The notes under the pieces: generated by a model
Told to the model about the DNA's origin: nothing
Database searches by the model: none
The model's input: only the letters and a program-made list of their open reading frames with translations
Made by a program: the position numbers and the translations under genes
In this document: piece after piece, positions 56,833-64,000 of the stretch
Numbering within the stretch: position 1 is the stretch's first letter
Layout: every line of letters begins with the position of its first letter
From: Bacteroidales bacterium
GTDB taxonomy: Bacteria > Bacteroidota > Bacteroidia > Bacteroidales > UBA4181
Direction: 5' to 3'
DNA length: 64,000 bases
Assembly (NCBI GenBank): GCA_031275285.1
Contig: JAISOY010000001.1
Coordinates: 6,813-70,812 of the forward strand

Positions 56833-56837
56833 AAATA
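56830..56837 (-). promoter_or_regulatory. -7 box (TATTTTTG) for the TetR gene
   Basis: Reverse complement of caaaaata. About 25 nt upstream of the GTG at 56805. Confidence 0.35.
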
Positions 56838-57287
56838 GATAATACTTTTGAAGTAAAAAAATAATTATACATTATTTTATGCCAACACTCTATAGTACTT
56901 ATTATTAGCGAAATAAACACAAGAAATAATTCGTAGTAATAAGGTGAACCTGAAAATATACACTCCTTATTAAGTAAGATTATACTAATTTTTCGCTGTT
57001 ATGTTAATCATTTACAAGTAATTGAAGATTGCCATTCGGCTAAGAATCGTGGCTGACATAGTGAAACTATATTTTGCACTTAAATCTACCCATAATTAAA
57101 AAGAAATATATAACAGTTGATATTTAGATAAATAACATCCGTGAACTTCAGAGTAAAGCTACTTGAGCTACAAAACAACAAACTTCTCCCTGTAATCGGA
57201 AAAAGTTCGCACTATAACTACTTTTTAACTTGTAACATATTTCAATTTGATTGTTGTTAGTAAATTCTATCATCAAGAGCATGATAG

Positions 57288-57312
57288 GGAGCATTTGAGA
57301 ATCAAATGCTCC
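57288..57312. terminator. strong hairpin between the spacer and the Omp85-like gene end
   Basis: GGAGCATTTG/CAAATGCTCC is a 10-bp stem with a 5-nt loop. The T-rich tract (tgtttggttttt) follows on the plus strand only. Confidence 0.45.
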
Positions 57313-57322
57313 TGTTTGGTTT

Positions 57323-58507
57323 TTAGAACGCTTCGCTGATTCCAATCACAAAACCGCTGGTTTCTTTACCAAAACCAAAATCAATACGGGCATTTACGTT
57401 TTTCTTTACTTCCACACGTAATCCTAATCCATAATTCGGAAGCACATTCTTAAAATCAAATTCTTTGAAAGCGGGGAATACGGTTCCGGCACCAACCCAA
57501 GCGGCACAACCGAAACGACCTACGATGTGTTGTCTTAGTTCCATTTGAGCGGAGACGATGTTATTATCAATATATCTACCGACATAATACCCCCTCATGC
57601 GATTGTGGGCACCAAGCTCTTCCCTCAAGGCCCAGGGAAGATTCTTACTGCTAACCTGCCCATAAAGATCAAGGGCAAAAATGCCTCCTTTCCATATCGG
57701 CTGATAAAAGTCCGCAATGAAAGTTGTCCGCCATAAGGCCTTATTTACGGTACCAAATATTTCCGGATAAATGGTCTGACGCAGAAAAATATACATCCCC
57801 CTCTTCGGGTTGGGAATGAAGTTGCGGGAATCGTATTGTATTGAAAGCCCCAACCCGGTGGTTACATATGAATCTTTCTGATCTTTGAGGTAAGTGATGT
57901 CATCAATTTTGCTTGCACTGGTATATAAGAAGTCCAATGTAGCTCCCGCGTAGAAATGACGCAACAGCTCATACTGGTAATTACCATAAATTTTTACGGT
58001 TTGGCGTTGATAGCTGATAACCGGATTCTCATCACAGTCATCAAAAGTTATTCCCCAGAAGTCGAGATTTTTATTGGCAAAGGCAACCTGATAAGACAGG
58101 CGCGACTTATTTCCTTTGAAATTATTATTCCCTTCAACCGCTAACGCATAAAATCCTTTAACTGAGGCATTGAATGTCAGTGTTATATTAGAAGGCATCA
58201 TTAGGGAGTCCGTGCGATCTAAACGATATAGACCAGTTGCCATACCGCCGATACCGAAACTGGCTTCGCGGGTATAGGAAGGAGCAACGACAAAACTAAG
58301 ATCCAATTTCTTCTCGAAAGTACGGTCTATGTGCCCGTAAATAAGGCGCCTCCAATAGTTGTCTTTCGGCACTTTAACCGACTGTAGTGAATCGGCGACC
58401 AACGAACCGGGTTTTTCCGCGGTAGATTGTTGGGCATATGAGTTGAAATCTAAGAGTAGGATAAAGCAGACGAGAGCGGATATGTTTTTGAAAACAGTGT
58501 ATTTCAT
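57323..58507 (-). CDS. Omp85/BamA-TamA-family outer-membrane beta-barrel protein (barrel only)
   Basis: The internal Met gives MKYTVFKNISALVCFILLLDFNSYAQQ, a signal peptide. Alternating beta-strand pattern with a C-terminal ...GISEAF ending in Phe. Confidence 0.75.
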   Translation of the reverse strand: MKYTVFKNISALVCFILLLDFNSYAQQSTAEKPGSLVADSLQSVKVPKDNYWRRLIYGHIDRTFEKKLDLSFVVAPSYTREASFGIGGMATGLYRLDRTDSLMMPSNITLTFNASVKGFYALAVEGNNNFKGNKSRLSYQVAFANKNLDFWGITFDDCDENPVISYQRQTVKIYGNYQYELLRHFYAGATLDFLYTSASKIDDITYLKDQKDSYVTTGLGLSIQYDSRNFIPNPKRGMYIFLRQTIYPEIFGTVNKALWRTTFIADFYQPIWKGGIFALDLYGQVSSKNLPWALREELGAHNRMRGYYVGRYIDNNIVSAQMELRQHIVGRFGCAAWVGAGTVFPAFKEFDFKNVLPNYGLGLRVEVKKNVNARIDFGFGKETSGFVIGISEAF

Positions 58508-58526
58508 TTTTTCAGAATTAATAATG

Positions 58527-59171
58527 TTATTTTCCAAAACGATATCCCAAGCCGAGACTGGCTGCATGGGGCATCATTTTGAATATGCTGCTGTTTGCAT
58601 CCAGAATATTGGCAACTCCGATTTTATAACTGGCATTGATCTGTATGCCATTGGCAAATTCATAACCAACCATCATTCCAAATCCGATATCAGAGTCTTT
58701 CATTGCAGAAATTTCGGTAGCTCCGTCTTTTTCATACAAATCCATTTTCTCTCCCTCCCGCTTCAAACGGGCGCTAAACCCAAATTCCGCATAAGGGCCT
58801 AAACCGGCATAAACCCTGCCTCCCCTGTTAAAATTCCATTGATAAACCGCATACATTGGGATCTGCACTCCCCAATACTGAAATTCGTTGGTCATCCATT
58901 GTATCTCCATGCCCGATGCCCTGTAATGGAACAGTAATTCTCCCCGGAGAGCCCAATGATTTGTGAATTCGAAATTCACAAATCCGCCGCCTGAACCTCC
59001 AAGCTTCATATCGCTTGTCACAACGGAAGTACCGGACACAATGAATCCGGATAAATTCATTTCGGCTTTGAGTCCCCATGTGGTTTTGACTGATCTGTTG
59101 TTCTCGTTTTGAGCGTATGCTCCTGTCAAACAGATTATCAGGAGTAAAGTTATTGCTGATTTTTTTTTCAT
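58527..59171 (-). CDS. small outer-membrane beta-barrel (porin-family/OmpA-beta-barrel-like) protein
   Basis: 214 aa. Signal peptide MKKKSAITLLLIICLTGAYAQ, amphipathic strands, and a C-terminal LGLGYRFGK. Confidence 0.75.
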   Translation of the reverse strand: MKKKSAITLLLIICLTGAYAQNENNRSVKTTWGLKAEMNLSGFIVSGTSVVTSDMKLGGSGGGFVNFEFTNHWALRGELLFHYRASGMEIQWMTNEFQYWGVQIPMYAVYQWNFNRGGRVYAGLGPYAEFGFSARLKREGEKMDLYEKDGATEISAMKDSDIGFGMMVGYEFANGIQINASYKIGVANILDANSSIFKMMPHAASLGLGYRFGK

Positions 59172-59401
59172 TTTTTATAAAAATTGTCTATATTAATATC
59201 ACCGACAACTGAAATCAAATAAAATACTGAAACATACCCACTCATTTGAATCTGATATTTGAATTGTATTGAGTACGGATCCAGAATAGGGTCCACAGGG
59301 TTACATGCGGACATACAACAACAAAACAATATCAATGAAAAGTACATAATAAATGTTCCGCAGCGGACATATCTATTTTTCATGACTTTATTCTTCATCA
59401 T
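59168..59401 (-). CDS. small putative lipoprotein
   Basis: 77 aa. Hydrophobic N-terminus ends in CMSAC, a lipobox-like motif. ATGA overlap with the downstream barrel gene suggests coupling. Confidence 0.4.
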   Translation of the reverse strand: MMKNKVMKNRYVRCGTFIMYFSLILFCCCMSACNPVDPILDPYSIQFKYQIQMSGYVSVFYLISVVGDINIDNFYKK

Positions 59402-59534
59402 ATCAATATTAATTTTAGATGAAGCAAAAGTATTGGGAAGACAGGAGCTAAAAAAGGCTATATGGATAAATTACTTTCCGTTTGGTCGGAATTGAGTTTG
59501 AAAATAAGACAAAAGAGAATATATTTGAAAAAAT

Positions 59535-60407
59535 ATGGATATTATGAATACACAGATTAGAAAGTACAGCGGATATTCACTATTGGATGAGAGTGAAAAT
59601 GTGCATAGTATTGATAGGGATTTCATGTTACTGGATAAAGCATTCATTTTTCCGGAATTTTTGCACCCATTCAGAATGGATTTATTAACGGCTGTGATAT
59701 CTATAAAAGGTTTTGCACAGGGAAAAATAAATCTAAAGCTATGTAGGTCGGAAGCTCCTGGACTGACCGTCATTATGGCGGACCAGATATTGCAGCATGA
59801 CTCTATGAGTGATGATTACGAAGCAGTTTATATAGTCATGTCTAGACGCTTTCTTGAAAGCCTGAATGTTGACCAAAACTTATCTGCATTTAGGACTATT
59901 CGGGAAAATCCCTACATCCCATTAAGCGAAAAAGCGCTTCATGCGATGTTAGGATATTATAACATGATGCTAGGCACAATTGCAGCAGATGATAATCCGT
60001 ATCGCTTGGAAATAGCCAAGAATCTGACAAGAGCTTTTTTCTACGGTATCGGCTACTATATACACAAAATGCCCGAGGATAAAAAAAATAAAAATGAGCA
60101 ATTGGCAGGTAAATTCCTGAAATTGCTTGAAATACACTTTAAAGAATATCGGGATTTGAGCTTTTATGCAGAAAAACTTTGTCTTACACCCAAGTATATG
60201 TCCACAATTATTAAAGAAGGGAGTGGCAAGTCGGCAGGGGAATGGATTGATAGTCGTGTAATGTTGGAAGCAAAAGTTTTGTTAAAATCGGCGAGTATGA
60301 CAGCCCAGCAAATTGCCGACCTATTAAACTTTCCCACACAATCGTCTTTCAGCAAATATTTCAAGAGGTTAGCCGGAATGTCTCCTAAAGAGTATAGAAA
60401 TAGCTAA
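59535..60407 (+). CDS. AraC-family transcriptional regulator
   Basis: 290 aa. C-terminal HTH ...LNFPTQSSFSKYFKRLAGMSPKEYR. Divergent from the outer-membrane operon. Confidence 0.85.
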   Translation: MDIMNTQIRKYSGYSLLDESENVHSIDRDFMLLDKAFIFPEFLHPFRMDLLTAVISIKGFAQGKINLKLCRSEAPGLTVIMADQILQHDSMSDDYEAVYIVMSRRFLESLNVDQNLSAFRTIRENPYIPLSEKALHAMLGYYNMMLGTIAADDNPYRLEIAKNLTRAFFYGIGYYIHKMPEDKKNKNEQLAGKFLKLLEIHFKEYRDLSFYAEKLCLTPKYMSTIIKEGSGKSAGEWIDSRVMLEAKVLLKSASMTAQQIADLLNFPTQSSFSKYFKRLAGMSPKEYRNS

Positions 60408-60438
60408 GTGCCTAATTGTTCCTTTCTTATATATCAAA

Positions 60439-60543
60439 GTAACCGATGTTTGTTATGATGTTGGATTTAAAAACCTTTCTCACTTTACAACCGCATTCAA
60501 AAAACACTACAGGTATTCGCTCAATGAAGATACCATAGCTTAA
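60439..60543 (+). pseudogene. remnant of an AraC-family gene (last ~34 codons only)
   Basis: Translates VTDVCYDVGFKNLSHFTTAFKKHYRYSLNEDTIA-stop. This is the second HTH helix region of AraC proteins, with no upstream ORF. Confidence 0.6.
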
Positions 60544-60792
60544 TGCGTTTATCCACTATCAAGCTATTTTACAACTACTTAACGAATCAAAAAAAGGCAG
60601 TGATTTAGAAACAAAACTATGCTTTTTGATTATTCTTTTCTGAATCAACCGTTTGGCTTGGCTGTTATTCAGAATAGGTAACGGATAAGTAACGAGATAA
60701 CTTCATCAATTTGCCCCGCTTTGAGCAGGTTGATTAGCTTAGGGCAAAGGTAACACAATTTTTCAAATTATATATCATTCACTCCAATATCA

Positions 60793-62928
60793 TTATTTTC
60801 GGAGCTTATTATAGTATCGGTTTCGCTGTTTGAACATCTTATCGAAATAATCAATCTTGGAATCTCGATAGTCAAAGATCACCGGAGGTTTTCCTGAGCG
60901 TTGAACTCTTCCTATATATTGCACCAACTTCCCTTCAAAAGTAAATGGGTAAACGATAAACAAACATTCCAAGGCACTTATATCAATTCCTTCCCCAAAG
61001 TATTGTCCTGTGGAAATAATAATTTGAAAATGTCCCTGCTCAATCTGTTCCAACTTACTTTTCCGACTTCTTTCCGAATCATCTCCCGAAATGGCAATCG
61101 TTTCGTATTTTTCTTTCAAATAGAGGTTTAGGATATTCACATGAGATTTTCTTTCAGTCAGTATCAGTATGGATTTGAACCGAGAGATATTCTCGTCAAT
61201 ATCTTTTAAAATCAAGCCATTTCGAGCAGTGTCATATATAAGAACCTGCGAAACCGTTTCGTAGTTATCGGTTTTGTAGTCGAAAGGAACGAACAGTTCT
61301 GTTTCCTTTATATTAATTTCAGCTTTGCTGTTTTGTTGCTCCAGTAGCTCCTTTTGGGTCATTTCATAGATGATGTTGCCAATATATACATAGATCAACT
61401 TCTCATCGTTATTTTTCCGCTTTGGAGTAGCTGTTAGTCCGTACAGGTAATAGCAATTTAGTTGAGTTATGACTTCCCGAAACGACTTCGCCGGTATATG
61501 ATGGCATTCATCAACAATCACCATTCCGAATCGGCTTTTCAGTTCGGACAGATCACCTCTGGTTAATGACTGTATCATGGCAACGGTCACTTCTTTTCCT
61601 ATTTTATCTTTCTGATTTCCGATTTGTCCAATTTGCTTTTTGGATATAGATAAGAAGTTTTGTATTCGGTCAATCCATTGGTCAAATAGTTGCTTGCGAT
61701 GAACGAGAATGAGAGTTGGCTGTTTTTTCTGAGAAATCAATTCTAACCCTATAATTGTCTTGCCCGAACCGGGAGGAGAAACAATTACTCCAAAGTCTTT
61801 CGTCTCTGTTCGCTCCAATACTTCCTGTTGATGTGGGAGTAAGTCAATTTTAGAGTTTACGATAATCTCTTCCTGCCGACATCGCTCGTCTATGATTTTG
61901 ATAGGAATGTTTTCTGAATTGCAAAATTTTACCAGAGAAGAAGCAAATCCACGAGGAATAATGATTCCCTCCGTAGTTTCTTCTATCAGCTTGAAATATT
62001 TTTCAATGTTGTATGCGGTTTTCCCCAACCGCTTCTTGACGATATAATCTGAGTTCAGAAAGTTTAGATTATCCCGTAGAAAATCAATCAGTTTCTGATT
62101 TAGTTGTATTCTTTTGAGATATATCTCACTGTTTATAAGTATTTCTAATTCGAAGATGGATTTAGAATCGGTATATTTTGAAGTGAAGACTTCTTTTGTT
62201 TTTCCTGATAGCAGTAAATGCAAAGAATCTATCTTCTGTTTAGGTATTTTCTTGACGGTTTCTAAAAAAGTCCACTGGTTTTCAATGGGAGCGAATGTCT
62301 CCGGCTCTATAAAACAAGAGTTTCCTTGTGCTAATGAATTGCCTTGCAGAGGAAGAGCAATCAAATTGCCGACACCTTTTCCTGAGTGAATATCCTGATT
62401 AGGAAAGAGTCTATCAAAACTCGGTTCTTTTTCGAATTTAGATATAATGCCGGATTGTAGCAAAAGTTCGAAGATTATTTTCCGGCTTTGGAAAGCAGGG
62501 ATATTCTCTTCAAAGAACAACCACAAGTGTCCGCCGTTACCGGAGCGTGAACGTTCTATATATGCAGGCAATTCGACTTCTTGACATGCTTTGTACAGTT
62601 TGAGTATGGATTCTTGCCAATTTTCTTCGTCAAAATCGGCCGCAATGAAAAACGAAGTATTATCCTGTAAGAGAGGATAAATTCCGACTGTCGTTTTTCC
62701 AGAGAAGTGATCTTTTAATGCTGTGTCATTAAATGGAAGATATTCCTTTTTCGTGTAACTGGCAAATGTTCCTCCTGAGGCTTTGTGTTTATTATAATCA
62801 TCCCAATCCACTTTGTAGGCTGGCATATATCCGCCTCGTCCATCCTTCTCCCAACGAACCGCATAAACATCATCCCTTCCTCGAAAAAGAGATTTGTGGG
62901 TATCTATGTGGGATTGGAGTATTTGCAT
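60793..62928 (-). CDS. AEP (archaeo-eukaryotic primase/PrimPol-like) domain fused to an SF2 DEAD/DEAH (ResIII-like) helicase
   Basis: 711 aa. AEP motifs FIAADFDEE (DxD/E) and SRSGNGGHLWLFF (sGxGxH). Helicase motifs SPPGSGKT, VDECHH, LTATP and QYIGRVQR. Confidence 0.85.
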   Translation of the reverse strand: MQILQSHIDTHKSLFRGRDDVYAVRWEKDGRGGYMPAYKVDWDDYNKHKASGGTFASYTKKEYLPFNDTALKDHFSGKTTVGIYPLLQDNTSFFIAADFDEENWQESILKLYKACQEVELPAYIERSRSGNGGHLWLFFEENIPAFQSRKIIFELLLQSGIISKFEKEPSFDRLFPNQDIHSGKGVGNLIALPLQGNSLAQGNSCFIEPETFAPIENQWTFLETVKKIPKQKIDSLHLLLSGKTKEVFTSKYTDSKSIFELEILINSEIYLKRIQLNQKLIDFLRDNLNFLNSDYIVKKRLGKTAYNIEKYFKLIEETTEGIIIPRGFASSLVKFCNSENIPIKIIDERCRQEEIIVNSKIDLLPHQQEVLERTETKDFGVIVSPPGSGKTIIGLELISQKKQPTLILVHRKQLFDQWIDRIQNFLSISKKQIGQIGNQKDKIGKEVTVAMIQSLTRGDLSELKSRFGMVIVDECHHIPAKSFREVITQLNCYYLYGLTATPKRKNNDEKLIYVYIGNIIYEMTQKELLEQQNSKAEINIKETELFVPFDYKTDNYETVSQVLIYDTARNGLILKDIDENISRFKSILILTERKSHVNILNLYLKEKYETIAISGDDSERSRKSKLEQIEQGHFQIIISTGQYFGEGIDISALECLFIVYPFTFEGKLVQYIGRVQRSGKPPVIFDYRDSKIDYFDKMFKQRNRYYNKLRK

Positions 62929-62961
62929 TGGAAAGACTTTTATGGCTAATGTTTCATATTC

Positions 62962-63993
62962 CTACGATTTCTTATTATTCTTTTTACCAAGCAATTTTAG
63001 TTTTTCCTCAGCTTGCTCAATGCTTGCTATAAATTGTTTTTCGACTTCTGAAAGTTCAGCATTACTTTTTTGTTTATATGCGTCATACTCAGCCAAAGCT
63101 TTTCTTTGTGCTAATTCTGCCGATATTTTGCCGGCATGAGTTAAAACATCTTGTCGGCTCATTGAAATGAAACCGTCCAGCACCTCAATCCATTCTTTCA
63201 TATACATCGGCTTCTGCTGTATGGCATTTATTTCTGCAATGTCTAAATAAGCGGAAACGAGGCGATTTAAAAGAGCTAGCTCCTCTTCTGTCAGATAGTT
63301 CTTTGCGACAGTAATTTCTTGCTTGGTCGGTTTCTTTCCTTTGAAGGCGGTTAAACCCATAAAAGGGAGTTCGGCATTGGCTCTTTGGAAAATCACTTCA
63401 GCTGCCGTATGTCCATGTGCCGCCCAATGCAGTTTGTTTTGCACGGTTTGAAAAAACTTTTGCGTAATGTCAGTTCGAGGGTCATAATCAATGCTTGTCG
63501 CATAAATTTCGAGAACCTTGCGGTAGAAAAGCTTTTCGGAAGAACGTATATCGCGAATCCGGTTGAGTAATTCTTCAAAATATCCTCCTCCTTGTTTTAA
63601 TAGTTCGTCATTCATCGTGAATCCTTTTATCAGATATTCACGCAACCGTTCGGTAGCCCATATTCGGAATTGAGTACCTCTCAGCGACTTTACTCTATAA
63701 CCAACGGAGATTATGACATCCAGATTGTAGTGTTCAATTTCACGCTCTACCTGCCGGCTACCTTCTAATCGAACTGTTCGGAAATTCCGAACAGTTGAAT
63801 CAGGCATTAGCTCTCCTTCTTCAAAAATATGCTTTATATGCTCGCTTATATTAGATTTTGACGATTGAAACAATTCGACCATGTCGGCTTGTGTCAGCCA
63901 AACGGTATTATCGTCCAAGCGTACTTGTATCTTGATTTTCCCGTCTTCGGATTGATATAACAATATTTCGCTATTTGATTTTTGGGGCAGCAT
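62962..63993 (-). CDS. RhuM-family (virulence protein RhuM-like) protein
   Basis: 343 aa with LLYQSEDGKIKIQVRLDDNTVWLTQADMVELFQ and VISVGYRVKSLRGTQFRIWATERLREYLIKGF. Family recognised from memory. It lies 33 nt upstream of the AEP-helicase gene on the same strand. Confidence 0.8.
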   Translation of the reverse strand: MLPQKSNSEILLYQSEDGKIKIQVRLDDNTVWLTQADMVELFQSSKSNISEHIKHIFEEGELMPDSTVRNFRTVRLEGSRQVEREIEHYNLDVIISVGYRVKSLRGTQFRIWATERLREYLIKGFTMNDELLKQGGGYFEELLNRIRDIRSSEKLFYRKVLEIYATSIDYDPRTDITQKFFQTVQNKLHWAAHGHTAAEVIFQRANAELPFMGLTAFKGKKPTKQEITVAKNYLTEEELALLNRLVSAYLDIAEINAIQQKPMYMKEWIEVLDGFISMSRQDVLTHAGKISAELAQRKALAEYDAYKQKSNAELSEVEKQFIASIEQAEEKLKLLGKKNNKKS

Positions 63994-64000
63994 ATATGAT

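Noticed and set aside
57148-57345. 65-aa minus-strand ORF overlapping the Omp85-like stop and the hairpin
   Set aside because: It spans a terminator-like hairpin and overlaps the end of a supported gene. There is no start context.
60745-60752. TACCTTTG box on the minus strand just downstream of the helicase gene, suggesting an sRNA antisense to the AraC remnant
   Set aside because: TAnnTTTG is expected roughly 30 or more times by chance in 64 kb of AT-rich DNA on two strands. With no downstream gene or terminator I do not call it.

Overview
The window looks like a Bacteroidota (Bacteroidales-like) chromosome. Support: recurrent TAnnTTTG -7 boxes 30-55 nt upstream of start codons, many twin-arginine-signal Gfo/Idh/MocA and TIM-barrel enzymes, and KilA-N/RhuM/AraC accessory genes. 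All calls come from reading the sequence and from motif recall; no searches were run.

There are three zones.

(1) 1-26.1 kb is one low-GC, co-directional minus-strand surface-glycan (capsule/O-antigen) operon of about 28 genes. It encodes three nucleotide-sugar routes: WbpA/B/D/E-type UDP-GlcNAc3NAcA, FdtA/FdtB-type 3-amino-3,6-dideoxyhexose, and FnlA/B/C UDP-L-FucNAc. It also carries Wzx, Wzy and several glycosyltransferases. Embedded in it is a 7-kb carrier-protein acyl-building cassette: adenylating enzyme, 2 ACPs, KAS III, 2 SDRs, an MBL hydrolase, a GNAT and an AAC(3)-like transferase.

(2) 26.3-47.2 kb and 51.9-53.8 kb are higher-GC core genes: PAP2, mutS2, phzF-like, SLC13 permease, fabD, thrA, gltX, tcdA, a PurL-like gene, aroK and rsgA. 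A Tat-exported oxidoreductase/TIM-barrel operon also lies here.

(3) The accessory stretches are:
- a low-GC islet at 47.2-51.6 kb (GNAT, KilA-N, AraC, DUF1062-like);
- a DUF116-like::IPP-isomerase fusion gene;
- an outer-membrane operon;
- at the right edge, a RhuM-family gene followed by an AEP(PrimPol-like)-SF2 helicase fusion, beside an AraC gene remnant.

Non-coding signals:
- a 279-nt element present twice in inverted orientation (36965-37243 and 55850-56128);
- a dispersed family of heptamer/octamer word arrays in core intergenic spacers;
- two structured 5' leaders;
- several clear intrinsic terminators.

I saw no rRNA, tRNA, CRISPR array, transposase or integrase.
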